From assembly GCF_964355755.1 (NCBI RefSeq), contig NC_092672.1, positions 1,922,001 to 1,986,000 of the forward strand: a DNA stretch of 64,000 bases. The letters run 5' to 3'. Source of the DNA: Antedon mediterranea (Eukaryota; Animalia; Echinodermata). Positions 54,228 to 64,000 of the stretch are shown here, piece after piece. Below the pieces are notes generated by a model. The model worked only from the letters and a program-made list of their open reading frames with translations. It had not been told where the DNA came from and made no database searches. Each line of letters starts with the position of its first letter. The stretch's first letter is position 1. Position numbers and translations under genes: made by a program.

Positions 54228-54384
54228 TCTGTCTACACTATCAAACTAGTTTGACAAAAAAGTCTTATGTGCCTAAATATGGTAGTGATATGCCCAAATA
54301 TATTATCGATATGACATCATCATGTCCATATATGGGCACATCACAATTTGTTATCACATAAAGTTTGATAATGTAGATAGAGCT
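54228..54384. mobile_element. MITE family A, near-complete copy
   Basis: tctgtctacactatcaaactagtttgac...aagtttgataatgtagatagagct|tta. Confidence 0.85.
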
Positions 54385-57300
54385 TTAGTAGGGATTCATC
54401 AAATTGATTTTAAAGTAAGAAAATAAGATTATTTAACAAAGAAAACCAAAGCAAAAGACTTAGATTATCTAGATACAAAGCAATCAAAAGCTTTCAATTC
54501 CAATCAAGTATTCATTATGCTAATTTCAACGAAATCATTAGCAAATTATCAAAAATTAACTAGTGAAACCTGTAATCAAATTACAATGGTTCACTAGACC
54601 TTTTAATTCAACTTGGTTATCAAAAGTAATTAAGTACTTTACGTGAGAACGAAAGCTTTATTAATAAGAATGTAGCCAAACAATGCTTAAAACTAACAGC
54701 TAACTGATATTATAACTCAATTAAGTCTCTATGGATTCACAAATTAACTAACAATTGTAACAAGATAAAACGATGAATGTGCCACAAGCTAACTGTGTAT
54801 AATGAATATAGCTAAAAGGTATACAGTAATTATGGTTTGATCAAAGATTAGAACCCAGACTTCTAAAAGTAAGGCAAGGCTAAATAGAAGAATACCATAT
54901 TTGACTAAAATCAGGATCAGAGTTAAAAAGTTAATGAATGTGAATGGATGGCTAAGTTTATCGCAAATTGCTTGATACCATGATGTAATGGTAATTTGAA
55001 CAAAATAATTAACATATGCCCTAATAAGGTATATATGCCTTATACGTGACTCTGTACCTTGTAAAAAACATGTGCTTATTATACAAATCATATTATTTAT
55101 TAAATAAAATATCCACATTCTTAAAAGGAATTGGAATATCAACCTATTAAAAGAAAACAGTGATGTCAGATTGTACGCCTGATGCAGCCATACAGTGTAA
55201 TAATATTTTACATGTACTGCCTTACATACAGTGTAATTGTACATCACAGGGGCCTTGTCGTTAACTACCAAAAAAAGAATCTGTTTAAAAACACAGCTTC
55301 ACGTTTATAAGGTCTGTGATTGCGATGTGCCATCAGCAGTATCTTGAATACTTTCATCCAACGTGGTAAATAAAGGTCCCTCGGTGATCCGATCCAAAGG
55401 TCAAAGGTTACCAAAAGCAATAAGTATCTTGCATGAGTCATCAATGGTATTTTGGTTTTTAAATGTAGGATGAGAGATGAACGCAATTTAAATACTAAAT
55501 TCATTAAACTGAAAAACCAGAAATAATCTACAAATATCGCCGGCTAAATAATTTAAAAATGGAAAACAAATTGAGAAAAATGTTTTATATTACTTATAAA
55601 TATCAACAAATTGTGGAGTAGAAGTTAGCCGACGACATATTCAATTACTCGTCCTATTTTTCATTAATGTAATTTTAATATTTAACATTTTGGCCTTGTC
55701 CTAGATTGTCTGCTGTCTATATTTGGGACGATGTGTTTAAAGGACGTTTGACGCATACATTTATTAAACAGTTTAACATTTTACCGACAGAATTAATACA
55801 ATTATTCGACAAGTTTTGAATTAATTAATGATTGATTAAGATGTACAGTTCTTCGTTTCTTGAGTTTAAAATGAAAAATTAAATGTCGGTAAAAATCACA
55901 TGTTGTTAAAATACATGATTGACTGTAATATAAGTAATCTTTTTTCTATGATACTATTTTTCATTTATTTTAATTATAAGAATATTTTGAAATGATAATA
56001 TAATTTGTTGCTTTATAGATGATTGAGATTATGTTATTGAATTATACTATTTTTTAAATTATTATTTTAGAATATTTGTTAGTTATGATAATTATGTATT
56101 TTTCAATTTTTCAAAATATATTTAAAAAAAAATGATAAATAAGTAATATTTATTCACGATATTTTTAATTGGTGAAAATTTTAGAAATATCAATAATATT
56201 GTCCCTGACTTTTTACAAATATAATATTAAAATGAAGGGAATGAAGCATTAAAATGCCATTGATCTTATATTCATATTAAAATGAAGATATGTGAAGAGC
56301 TTATCAGAGCACACAGTACTTAGATCAGTTACATACATGGCATTATTTGTGTCATTCCAACATCATTACACACAGAAACTCATAGTATTTCTACAATACA
56401 GAATCTATAGCAAAATATTATATCAAATTGATATTTATAATAGTAAATTATTATATCAAATTCATATTTGTAATAAATAATAATAATATTTAATCAGTAA
56501 TTTTGTAGGTATTTTCATTACCATATAAAAATAAATGGTAAATTTTAACTGATTTATGATAAAATACAGTAGTCACATTACTATATTACATTTAACGTAA
56601 TGATAAACTGATTAAGATTTTGATTTTAATTATTTGAATTTAGTGGGATGCTAGAGATATTTTCCCTCGATCATGTTATTAAAGTCAATGTACTTATAGG
56701 TTAGCAGTGACATTTTTAATTTCACTCTAAAATTATGTAAACAATCTGAACTAGCGATCAAATTATAAATGTACTAAGGAAAATGCATTAACAGAGTAGC
56801 ACATGCATTTTTGCACATGGTCATTGAGCCAATAGCCGTCCCCTGTGCAGTACTTACACCGCGGCGGTGATAACAGATCTTTAGCACAAAGATCATTTTA
56901 AAACGTGCAACAGCCCCGCTGGAACACCTCGTCTGAATCAAACTTTTCACATAACTCCCGGTGTCAAAGGAGCAATATAGCGGAGAGCGAGCTGCATACG
57001 ATAACGCAATTTTGTTAACGAGAAATATAAGCCAGAAATACATTACTTTGCCGTGAAAGCTGATGCCTTTGCAACAACCTATAGTATTCGCAAGCATACA
57101 CTATGCCATCTTATTTTACGATTTATCGAGTAGTACTGACGCCAGATGCATGTTTAAATTGATTCAAGAAATCGGTCTTCTTTCCAATTTTATTCCTAAT
57201 TTGTATGGCATACTTGGCATCGTCATTTTAACGCAAAATATATCAGTGAATGTGATTGACTTTCAACTTTTACTTTTACAACCAACAACTTTTTTTTTTT

Positions 57301-59263
57301 ACTCTAACCCATTACACATAACAACGCTTGTCCTATATATCGCCTAATACAAACGTTTCTAAGCATTTATTATATATTTTCAATAGCATAAATGTGTAGA
57401 AATTGATATCACTAATTCCTTACCTAAGAGTTTTAAAGCAAATTGAATTCTGTTATTTTAATCTTAAATAATATTTCTCTTTAAATTATTTATAGTTTTA
57501 TAAAAAAAAAATCATAAATTAAATGACTTATTTCAAACTATCATTATATTCATAGAATTTTGTTCATTTTTATTACATTATGTAATTTATGGCATTTTAA
57601 GAATTCATATTATAATTATAATACATTATGCGAACTGTCGTACATGGAGACAATGTATTTATAGCATTAAATAAAAAATATTGATTCCATTATAAACTTT
57701 ATTATTAATAAATTTGAACTCATTCGGTGGGTTAAACGTTATCTTGGTAAACTTGATAAATTAACTCGTGACTAGATCCGACAAATATCATTTCTATACC
57801 ATTACCGAATATGTAAATTCAAATAATATTACAATTTAGACAAAATTTCTGGACTGAAAAACAAAAAACCTGATGAATTTAAAATGATGGTTGTAGACAT
57901 TGAGCATTCTGTGATTATGTTAGCGACCCAGTACTACCTGCTTAAATTCTCTAAGTACTAACTTAATTATGGATTAGACTCAATCCACTTAGCAATGCTA
58001 CTTCTCTCATTCATATCCCATGAATGCATTGACACTGTTTAATGTATATCTAGTACATGCCCGCTGCCTACAGAAGTCGAAATCTCAACCGTTTTTCCCC
58101 TGTGGTACAAAAACAATACATCGCGAGTTCGACTCTCAACATTTACAGATTTAATCAAATAGGAAGAATTAATAAAAAGAAAGTATATAAAATATGATGA
58201 ACTTAATGTAACTTAGCACTATTCATTCAATTACTACAATTGAGTGAGGAATGGTGGTAAGGGGTGAGAGGTGTTTGAATTGGATGGGAAGTGGATGATG
58301 TAACAATATTTAATGGGTAAACAGCAAAGATCTAGAGGGTAAAGATTCCTCTAGCTAAGTAACACAATACACAACATATGTGTTTATATTATATGATATA
58401 AATAGTTTGGGCTTGTAATGGTTTAAGATGGTAAGTAAAATTCAAGTTTCGTTAGAAGTAACAATTATGTTACACAATTTATAAAGACATTAAAATCAGG
58501 AGTATGGAATATGGTACTGTACATATGTCTATTTGTTTGACATATGTAGGCAAGGCTAGCCAAGTTAGTGTGGGCTTGTCAGAAACCAAACTTTAACCCT
58601 ATTTTCATTCATTCATTCATTCATTTCTAATACTATCATTTAATTTTGTAGGCCTAGTAAATTACAAATATGTAAATCTAGACTCAACGTAACAAAAATA
58701 TTTAAACAAATTCTTGAAAATGCAATGATGGACATAACATGCTCATTTTTAGCATTATTATACACGAGGTAATATTAGTAAAAAGGCAGACTGTTAATAC
58801 ATGCCTACAAATGAACAATGTTCAATGTGCTATAATAATGTGCAACATTAATGTAGGATATGTAGTAAAGACTAGAATGTCACAGTGAATACCATCATAC
58901 AAGAGAATACTAATGTTGTAATGTAATACATGTTGTAATTTAAGCACTCATACTCAATACCAAAATACAATTTAGCCAAAACAGTCAACAACAATCCTCA
59001 CAAAGGTATACATGCAAATATGAAATATGTTAAACCTCAATTCCACCTAAATATCATAATAATTTTAACTCATTCCGTCTTGCTACATGCTGTTCAATAA
59101 AACAAACAATTTTGCAAATAAAATGCATTAAGATTATTAAATTACTAATACTGTCTGTCATAGAATATTAATTGTGCAAAATTAAATAGCTTTAATACAA
59201 AGGGCAGTTAATAAAGAAAAACAATGCAGAAAAAATGTTTGCAGTTTGGACTATACCATGAAA

Positions 59264-59350
59264 GCCACGATGGTCTAATGGTAGGGTGCCTGCATATCAA
59301 GCAGAAGGTTCTGGGTACGAATCTAGGTTAAGGCAGCATTTTCTTCTCAT
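59264..59350 (+). mobile_element. tRNA-derived SINE head (or tRNA pseudogene)
   Basis: A box TGGTCTAATGG (59271) and B-box-like GGTACGAATCT (59314) at tRNA spacing, but no convincing acceptor stem. A related copy lies on the minus strand at 18961-19066. Confidence 0.65.
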
Positions 59351-59881
59351 CTTTACTGTACCATTTATAAACTAATTAACTTTTAGTTTGTAGTTTCTCT
59401 GTAAATTTATAAATAACACAATGTTAAATTTAGCAAAAACAATGCTAGATTGAGAAGAGATGAATTTTAAAATGCTAAAATATACAAGTTGTCAACGGAC
59501 ATTACGAAAAGCAGGTTGAATGATTCAAATTCACCTGTGAAACTGACTTATATAAACATACTTTGGCGTCTTATTTAATCACAGTAGCTAAGAATTGCAT
59601 TACAGCTAGCTGCATATCGACAACGAGGAGCAACATCTGTTAATGTTATGCGCTAAACGCCCGCCGCTAGCTGCCGCAAAAACATCAAATTATATCATAC
59701 AATTAAGATATCAATTTAAATATGGTACATATTTATTATTAAAAATAGAACTGGTGATATAATTTCTTCCATAATTTATAAAGATATACTGTGATTTTAA
59801 AAATAAATTTCTAATCTGATATCCGAGGTAATTTGATAGACTAGATCTTGTTGGTATTCTTTCTATAGAGTGTGGTGTGAA

Positions 59882-59962
59882 GTTGTACTGCTTTTGATGG
59901 TTGTACTGCTTTTGATGGTTGTACTGCTTTTGATGGTTGTACTGCTTTTGATGGTAGTACTG
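59882..59962. repeat. Tandem repeat, about 4.5 x 18 bp
   Basis: (gttgtactgcttttgatg)n; produces the HQKQYN repeat in ORF 59711-59998. Confidence 0.95.
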
Positions 59963-60259
59963 CGTTTGTAGTAAAATCAGCATTGGAAATTGTGACAATT
60001 ATGACAATGTAATAATGAAATCATAAATTTGGCATAGTAGTAGAATATTATACATTTTAGCAAGAATTATTAAAACAGAGAAGTGAAAAAGGAAGAATGG
60101 ATATAAACATAGATGTTTATCTCTATGAAATAAATAAAACATAGAAAAAGGTAACTGTAATTTTAATGTTATGTTCATCAGATTTTATCAATGAAATATA
60201 TTAATAGTCTATTGTTCACAGCCTATGACAACTGTACACATCAACATATTACATAATGG

Positions 60260-60349
60260 TTTGCACAGGTGGCGTTTGAGTGGTGGCTGTTAGCTGGCTG
60301 GCTTTTGCACAGGTGGCGTTTGAGTGGTGGCTGTTAGCTGGCTGGCTTT
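60260..60349. repeat. Tandem duplication, 2 x 44 bp
   Basis: ttgcacaggtggcgtttgagtggtggctgttagctggctggctt occurs twice. Confidence 0.95.
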
Positions 60350-61046
60350 ATCTATCCATTAGTCTTAACAACAATGTTGCGATACAATGCACAGTCCTTA
60401 TCCCAAGGATAGAGGCCTAAACAAAACATGTTACTCCCCCTTAACATTTAAGCATCATCAAGACAAGGACCACAGCTCTATTTAACACCACCTCCTACCA
60501 TTATTTATAAATTAATGTCATTTATTATGTCCGTGACAGAGAGATTGTATTTTCATTAAGTGTAATATACTGGAGTGACATTTCATATGCAAATGAGCCA
60601 ATTAATTTGTGCTCCATGATTTGATGTAGATTGGAAGAAATTAATAACATTGTAGCATGACAACAAACACATTTTCAAATCATCAAAAGTTAATATAAAA
60701 AAACCTTGGGGCGATGTAATACTTTCCTTTATGTAATACTGACTAGAATAATTTTGTTTAATTCATGAATTATTTTAGTCTAAAAATGGGGGTTTAATTT
60801 AGTACTTAAAGGTATTAAAGGTAATAACAAGGTGATTCTAATATTCAGTCTTTACGGAGGAGAACGAGTTGTTAATAGCTCATTGTACTATGTGGCAGGA
60901 TGGCCAGTTCTTTTCCATGCCCCCTTAAACCTCCCTAGTATTTCAACCACGTACTCATTTACAGCCGAGAGGACTTTTATTGGAAATTGAACCCAGGTCT
61001 TTTTGATAGTTAAAGTAAAGTAGAAACTCTATGAAGTCTAGTGTTA

Positions 61047-61166
61047 AGCTATGTCTACACTATCAAAATGTGATGCGCCCATATATGGACATGATGATGT
61101 CATATCACTACCATATTTGGACACATTTTTTTTCTATCCCAATAGGTTGATAGTGTAGACAAAGCT
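61047..61166. mobile_element. MITE family A, internally deleted copy
   Basis: tta|AGCTATGTCTACACTATCAAA...TTGATAGTGTAGACAAAGCT. Confidence 0.85.
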
Positions 61167-62626
61167 TTTAAGGGTCACTTTTGTACTAGGATCAGTGTAC
61201 ATACAACTTCCCCCAGCCTTATTTTTGCACAAGATCGGCAACAGTAATTGTTTTTATAGTATTTAAACAAAATTAATGAATTGGTTCAGTTTTAATTTGA
61301 AGAGATAACGGAATATGAGTACAAAATGAATACATTAAGCTAATAATAGAGAGTTGAGACCCTCCAGGCCTATTGTTCTTTTTTAGGAATATGCATGGCA
61401 TGGCTGTACAGTAAATTGATAAAACGTACAGTTTACTGTCATGCTGTTCCTTTATCTAATTATGCTCTAGAATAACATGACTGATTACAAAACTACGACG
61501 ACTAATGCATTTAATTAAACAATTTGCTGATTGTTTTTGCTTACCATCAAAACCACTCCCTAACTGTATATATGCATAGCACTCGTAGACCTCTACCCAT
61601 TAAGAGTACGAAAGCATGATATAGTATGCAAATGAGTTGTTTGATTTGAGCAAACTCTTCAGTCAAGCCATATTCTATGTACGCCTTTCAACGTTTTCAT
61701 TAAAATAGAAAATCATATTTGTTAAACAGGCTTAAGGGGGGCTTTATAGGGCCAAAGTTTGGCAAATATTGACATTTTGGTTGTTAATAGCTCAGGATGT
61801 TCCCGTCATTAAGTAAACCATGACACTATTGTAAAAGATAAAAAGACGCGGAGATAGAACTGCTTGTTGACTACAGTAGTACATAACAATGGTGTATAAT
61901 ATGAGAGCTAACACAGGGAAATTATAGGAATAATTGTAAATACATTGATCATACTCTGTCTGAAACTATACCAAAATCATTTAAATAATTTGATAAACAA
62001 TATATTTTAAATATTATAAACAAGGAGACTGCAGACAGTTGGTGTACCACTTAATGTCCTTTCCAAAGGACTCAATTAAACTTAAATATAGTACAGCATA
62101 GATATATAACCAAATGTAAAAATATAAAGTAACACCGTTGACGCCACTCATCAATATATCGAACATCTATCAAAACAGAGATCTTAAATTTGATAAATAG
62201 AGCACGCTGGAATTATATTACCGACGTAAAATAATAAGGACACAAAAAATAAAACGTTCAATAATAATAACGCAATAAAAACGATCAATAAAGATCACAC
62301 GACATAATATCGTTGCTCTAATTACTATGAAATACGTAAAGATCAAGTTTCCCCCCATAATTTACGATGCAACATTCAAAACCTATATCACATTTTCAGT
62401 TTCATGTAATCCTCTATAGGCTAATACAGGTTGAACAGTGGTGCCTCATGTGAATGCATAGGCCTACAGCACATTGAATCATGTAAACAAAGCTAAGAAA
62501 ACATTCTAAACTCGTAGGAATTTCATGTAATTTCAACTAAACAAAAGAAGGGTAACAGGATGAGATTTTGAGTTAAGGAACATCTCATGTGCATAATAAT
62601 ATGATCAAAGGTTAATTGCTTATCTG

Positions 62627-62862
62627 GTCTATTTAGGGACCATGACAAAATTATCTACTGCAGTTACTGCAGTAACTATGATCTTATCTTTAACTATCTT
62701 AATTTGTTTACTATCTTAGGAAAGTTGTGAGATACACCATCATATGTTACAACTGCATCATATCGATTGCTTTTTATCAAGTCTATTTAGAGACAAAATG
62801 ATTCTACTGCAGTTACTGCAGTAACTATCTTATCCTTACTATCTTAATTTGTTTACTATCTT
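62627..62862. repeat. Local direct duplication of about 90 bp carrying the palindrome AGTTACTGCAGTAACT
   Basis: gtctatttag...ctactgcagttactgcagtaactat...actatcttaatttgtttactatctt at 62627 and 62781. Confidence 0.85.
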
Positions 62863-63904
62863 GCATCATATTAATTATTTCTAACTAATGACAAAATAAA
62901 CAGAAGAATAACATGTTTGAAAGTTTGCACTGGGTCGAGTCGGGACTCATTTTCAACAGGAAAAAGTAAACTTATTTATTATTCATCTTTTAACACCTTC
63001 TTCAAAGTACCTTTCCATTAAATGTTGTAAATATATAATGTTTACCTTGCACTACCTTGTTGAACAGAATGTTTTATTTAAAATTTCTTTCAATGAGTAA
63101 TGTAAACATAAGGACTACAATCAAGCGTACCACTTGGTATTCAGAAAGACCCTATGGAACTTGAACAAGTTAAGAATGTATGACCAGTTCTGGCTTACAC
63201 TAACAGATTACAAAAGGGAGTCTTGAGGTGGGTGACAAGAAAAAACATGTTGGCCTAAAGGCAGCAAAATCTTATGAGGTTAAAAAGGAAAAAACACAAT
63301 TGAGGTGAATAAGTGTTAACAGGAATAAATAAAGTTTTTATTATTATTATTATTATAGGTTTTTGGAATGGGTGCAAGGTGAAAAATGAGTCAGAAGATG
63401 GGAAGATATTTACTGGAAGATTATCAAGGGGGGGGGGGGGATGTTCTATAGGGTCAGAGGTTAAGAGGTATAAGGGTTAGGGTTAATAAATAGTTTTAAG
63501 TCATTTCACCCAGTACTATCTTATGCATGGATGATATGAAGTGTTATAAGCACATCGGTTGTCAAAAGCGGTGATGTATATATCGTAACTGTCAGACCTT
63601 GATCATATCTCCTGACTATGTAGTGTGCATAATCAATTATTTTAGTTGATTTATTTAAAATGACACGTTCTTGATTGTCATTCAAAAAAGATTCTGCTTG
63701 AAATTCTTTCATGGATACGACAAAGAAAAAAAAATAGATGAAAAATGGGATACTTGCTAATTAAAATTGACTGTTATAAGAAAAACACTAATTGGAGTTA
63801 GCGGTTGGAGGAAGGACACCAGATGAAACAGCCAAGAAGAGTTTCCAATTACTTAATAATCAGAGATGAAAGAAAAGACCAATTAAAAAGAAGATTGAAA
63901 TAAC

Positions 63905-63965
63905 AATGATAATAATAAAATGGATTTATATAGTGCACATTCCACAACCGTGCTCAAAGCACTTT
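63905..63965 (-). mobile_element. SINE/LINE (L2-type) 3' tail relic
   Basis: ataataataaaatggatttatatagtgc...tgctcaaagcacttt. The same kind of tail occurs on + at 43897-43931 (atagcgctatataaatgttgcattattattatta). Confidence 0.45.
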
Positions 63966-64000
63966 TTAAAAAATAAAAAAAAATTTCAAAAAAATAATAA

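Noticed and set aside
54789-55271. Longest ORF (160 aa)
   Set aside because: Composition typical of random AT-rich DNA (I/L/F/Y-rich), no recognisable domain, no convincing splice context.
59146-59168. miR-200/miR-8-like start TAATACTGTCTG, and other seed-like hits (miR-216-like at about 17073, miR-278-like at about 57724)
   Set aside because: The 3' halves do not match the known mature sequences and no convincing precursor hairpin was seen.
59264-59335. Possible functional tRNA gene
   Set aside because: B box mutated, acceptor stem does not pair well, and a diverged second copy exists; better explained as a SINE head.
59711-59998. ORF with HQKQYN repeats
   Set aside because: Reads through an 18-bp minisatellite; no other coding signal.
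8925-62423. TAGCCTA/TAGGCTA as an independently enriched motif
   Set aside because: About seven seen by eye, close to the rough chance expectation; only the instance at 41301 has contextual support.
63426-63486. Poly-G run and AGGGTTAGGGTTA as an interstitial telomere
   Set aside because: Only about two hexamer units; low-complexity sequence.

Overview
Eukaryotic (metazoan, probably marine invertebrate) genomic DNA, AT-rich (roughly 30% GC by eye) and almost entirely non-coding. The window lies inside one large-intron gene on the minus strand, a Musashi (Msi/Rbp6-type) RNA-binding protein. Two short exons encoding the first part of RRM2 can be read: 42433-42525 ([31 protein letters not shown]) and 10089-10137 (VEDAMLMIDKTTNRHR-G). 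Both have canonical splice sites and are separated by a 32.3-kb intron; neither is called in the ORF track. The flanking exons were not found, so the neighbouring introns appear to exceed 10 kb and 21 kb. The introns hold at least six MITE families (about 17 copies of one PIF/Harbinger-like element, plus Tc1/mariner-like and hAT-like ones), tRNA-derived SINE relics, several minisatellites (one 22 x 70 bp with higher-order structure) and CpG-richer enhancer-like patches. The most unusual signal is a strong excess of TA-flanked micro-insertions (TAGGCCTA, TACAGTA/TACTGTA). At two sites the neighbouring sequence indicates they were inserted at a pre-existing TA, consistent with transposon excision scars. 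No CRISPR array, rRNA, intact tRNA or intact transposase was seen, and none of the listed ORFs looks like a real protein.
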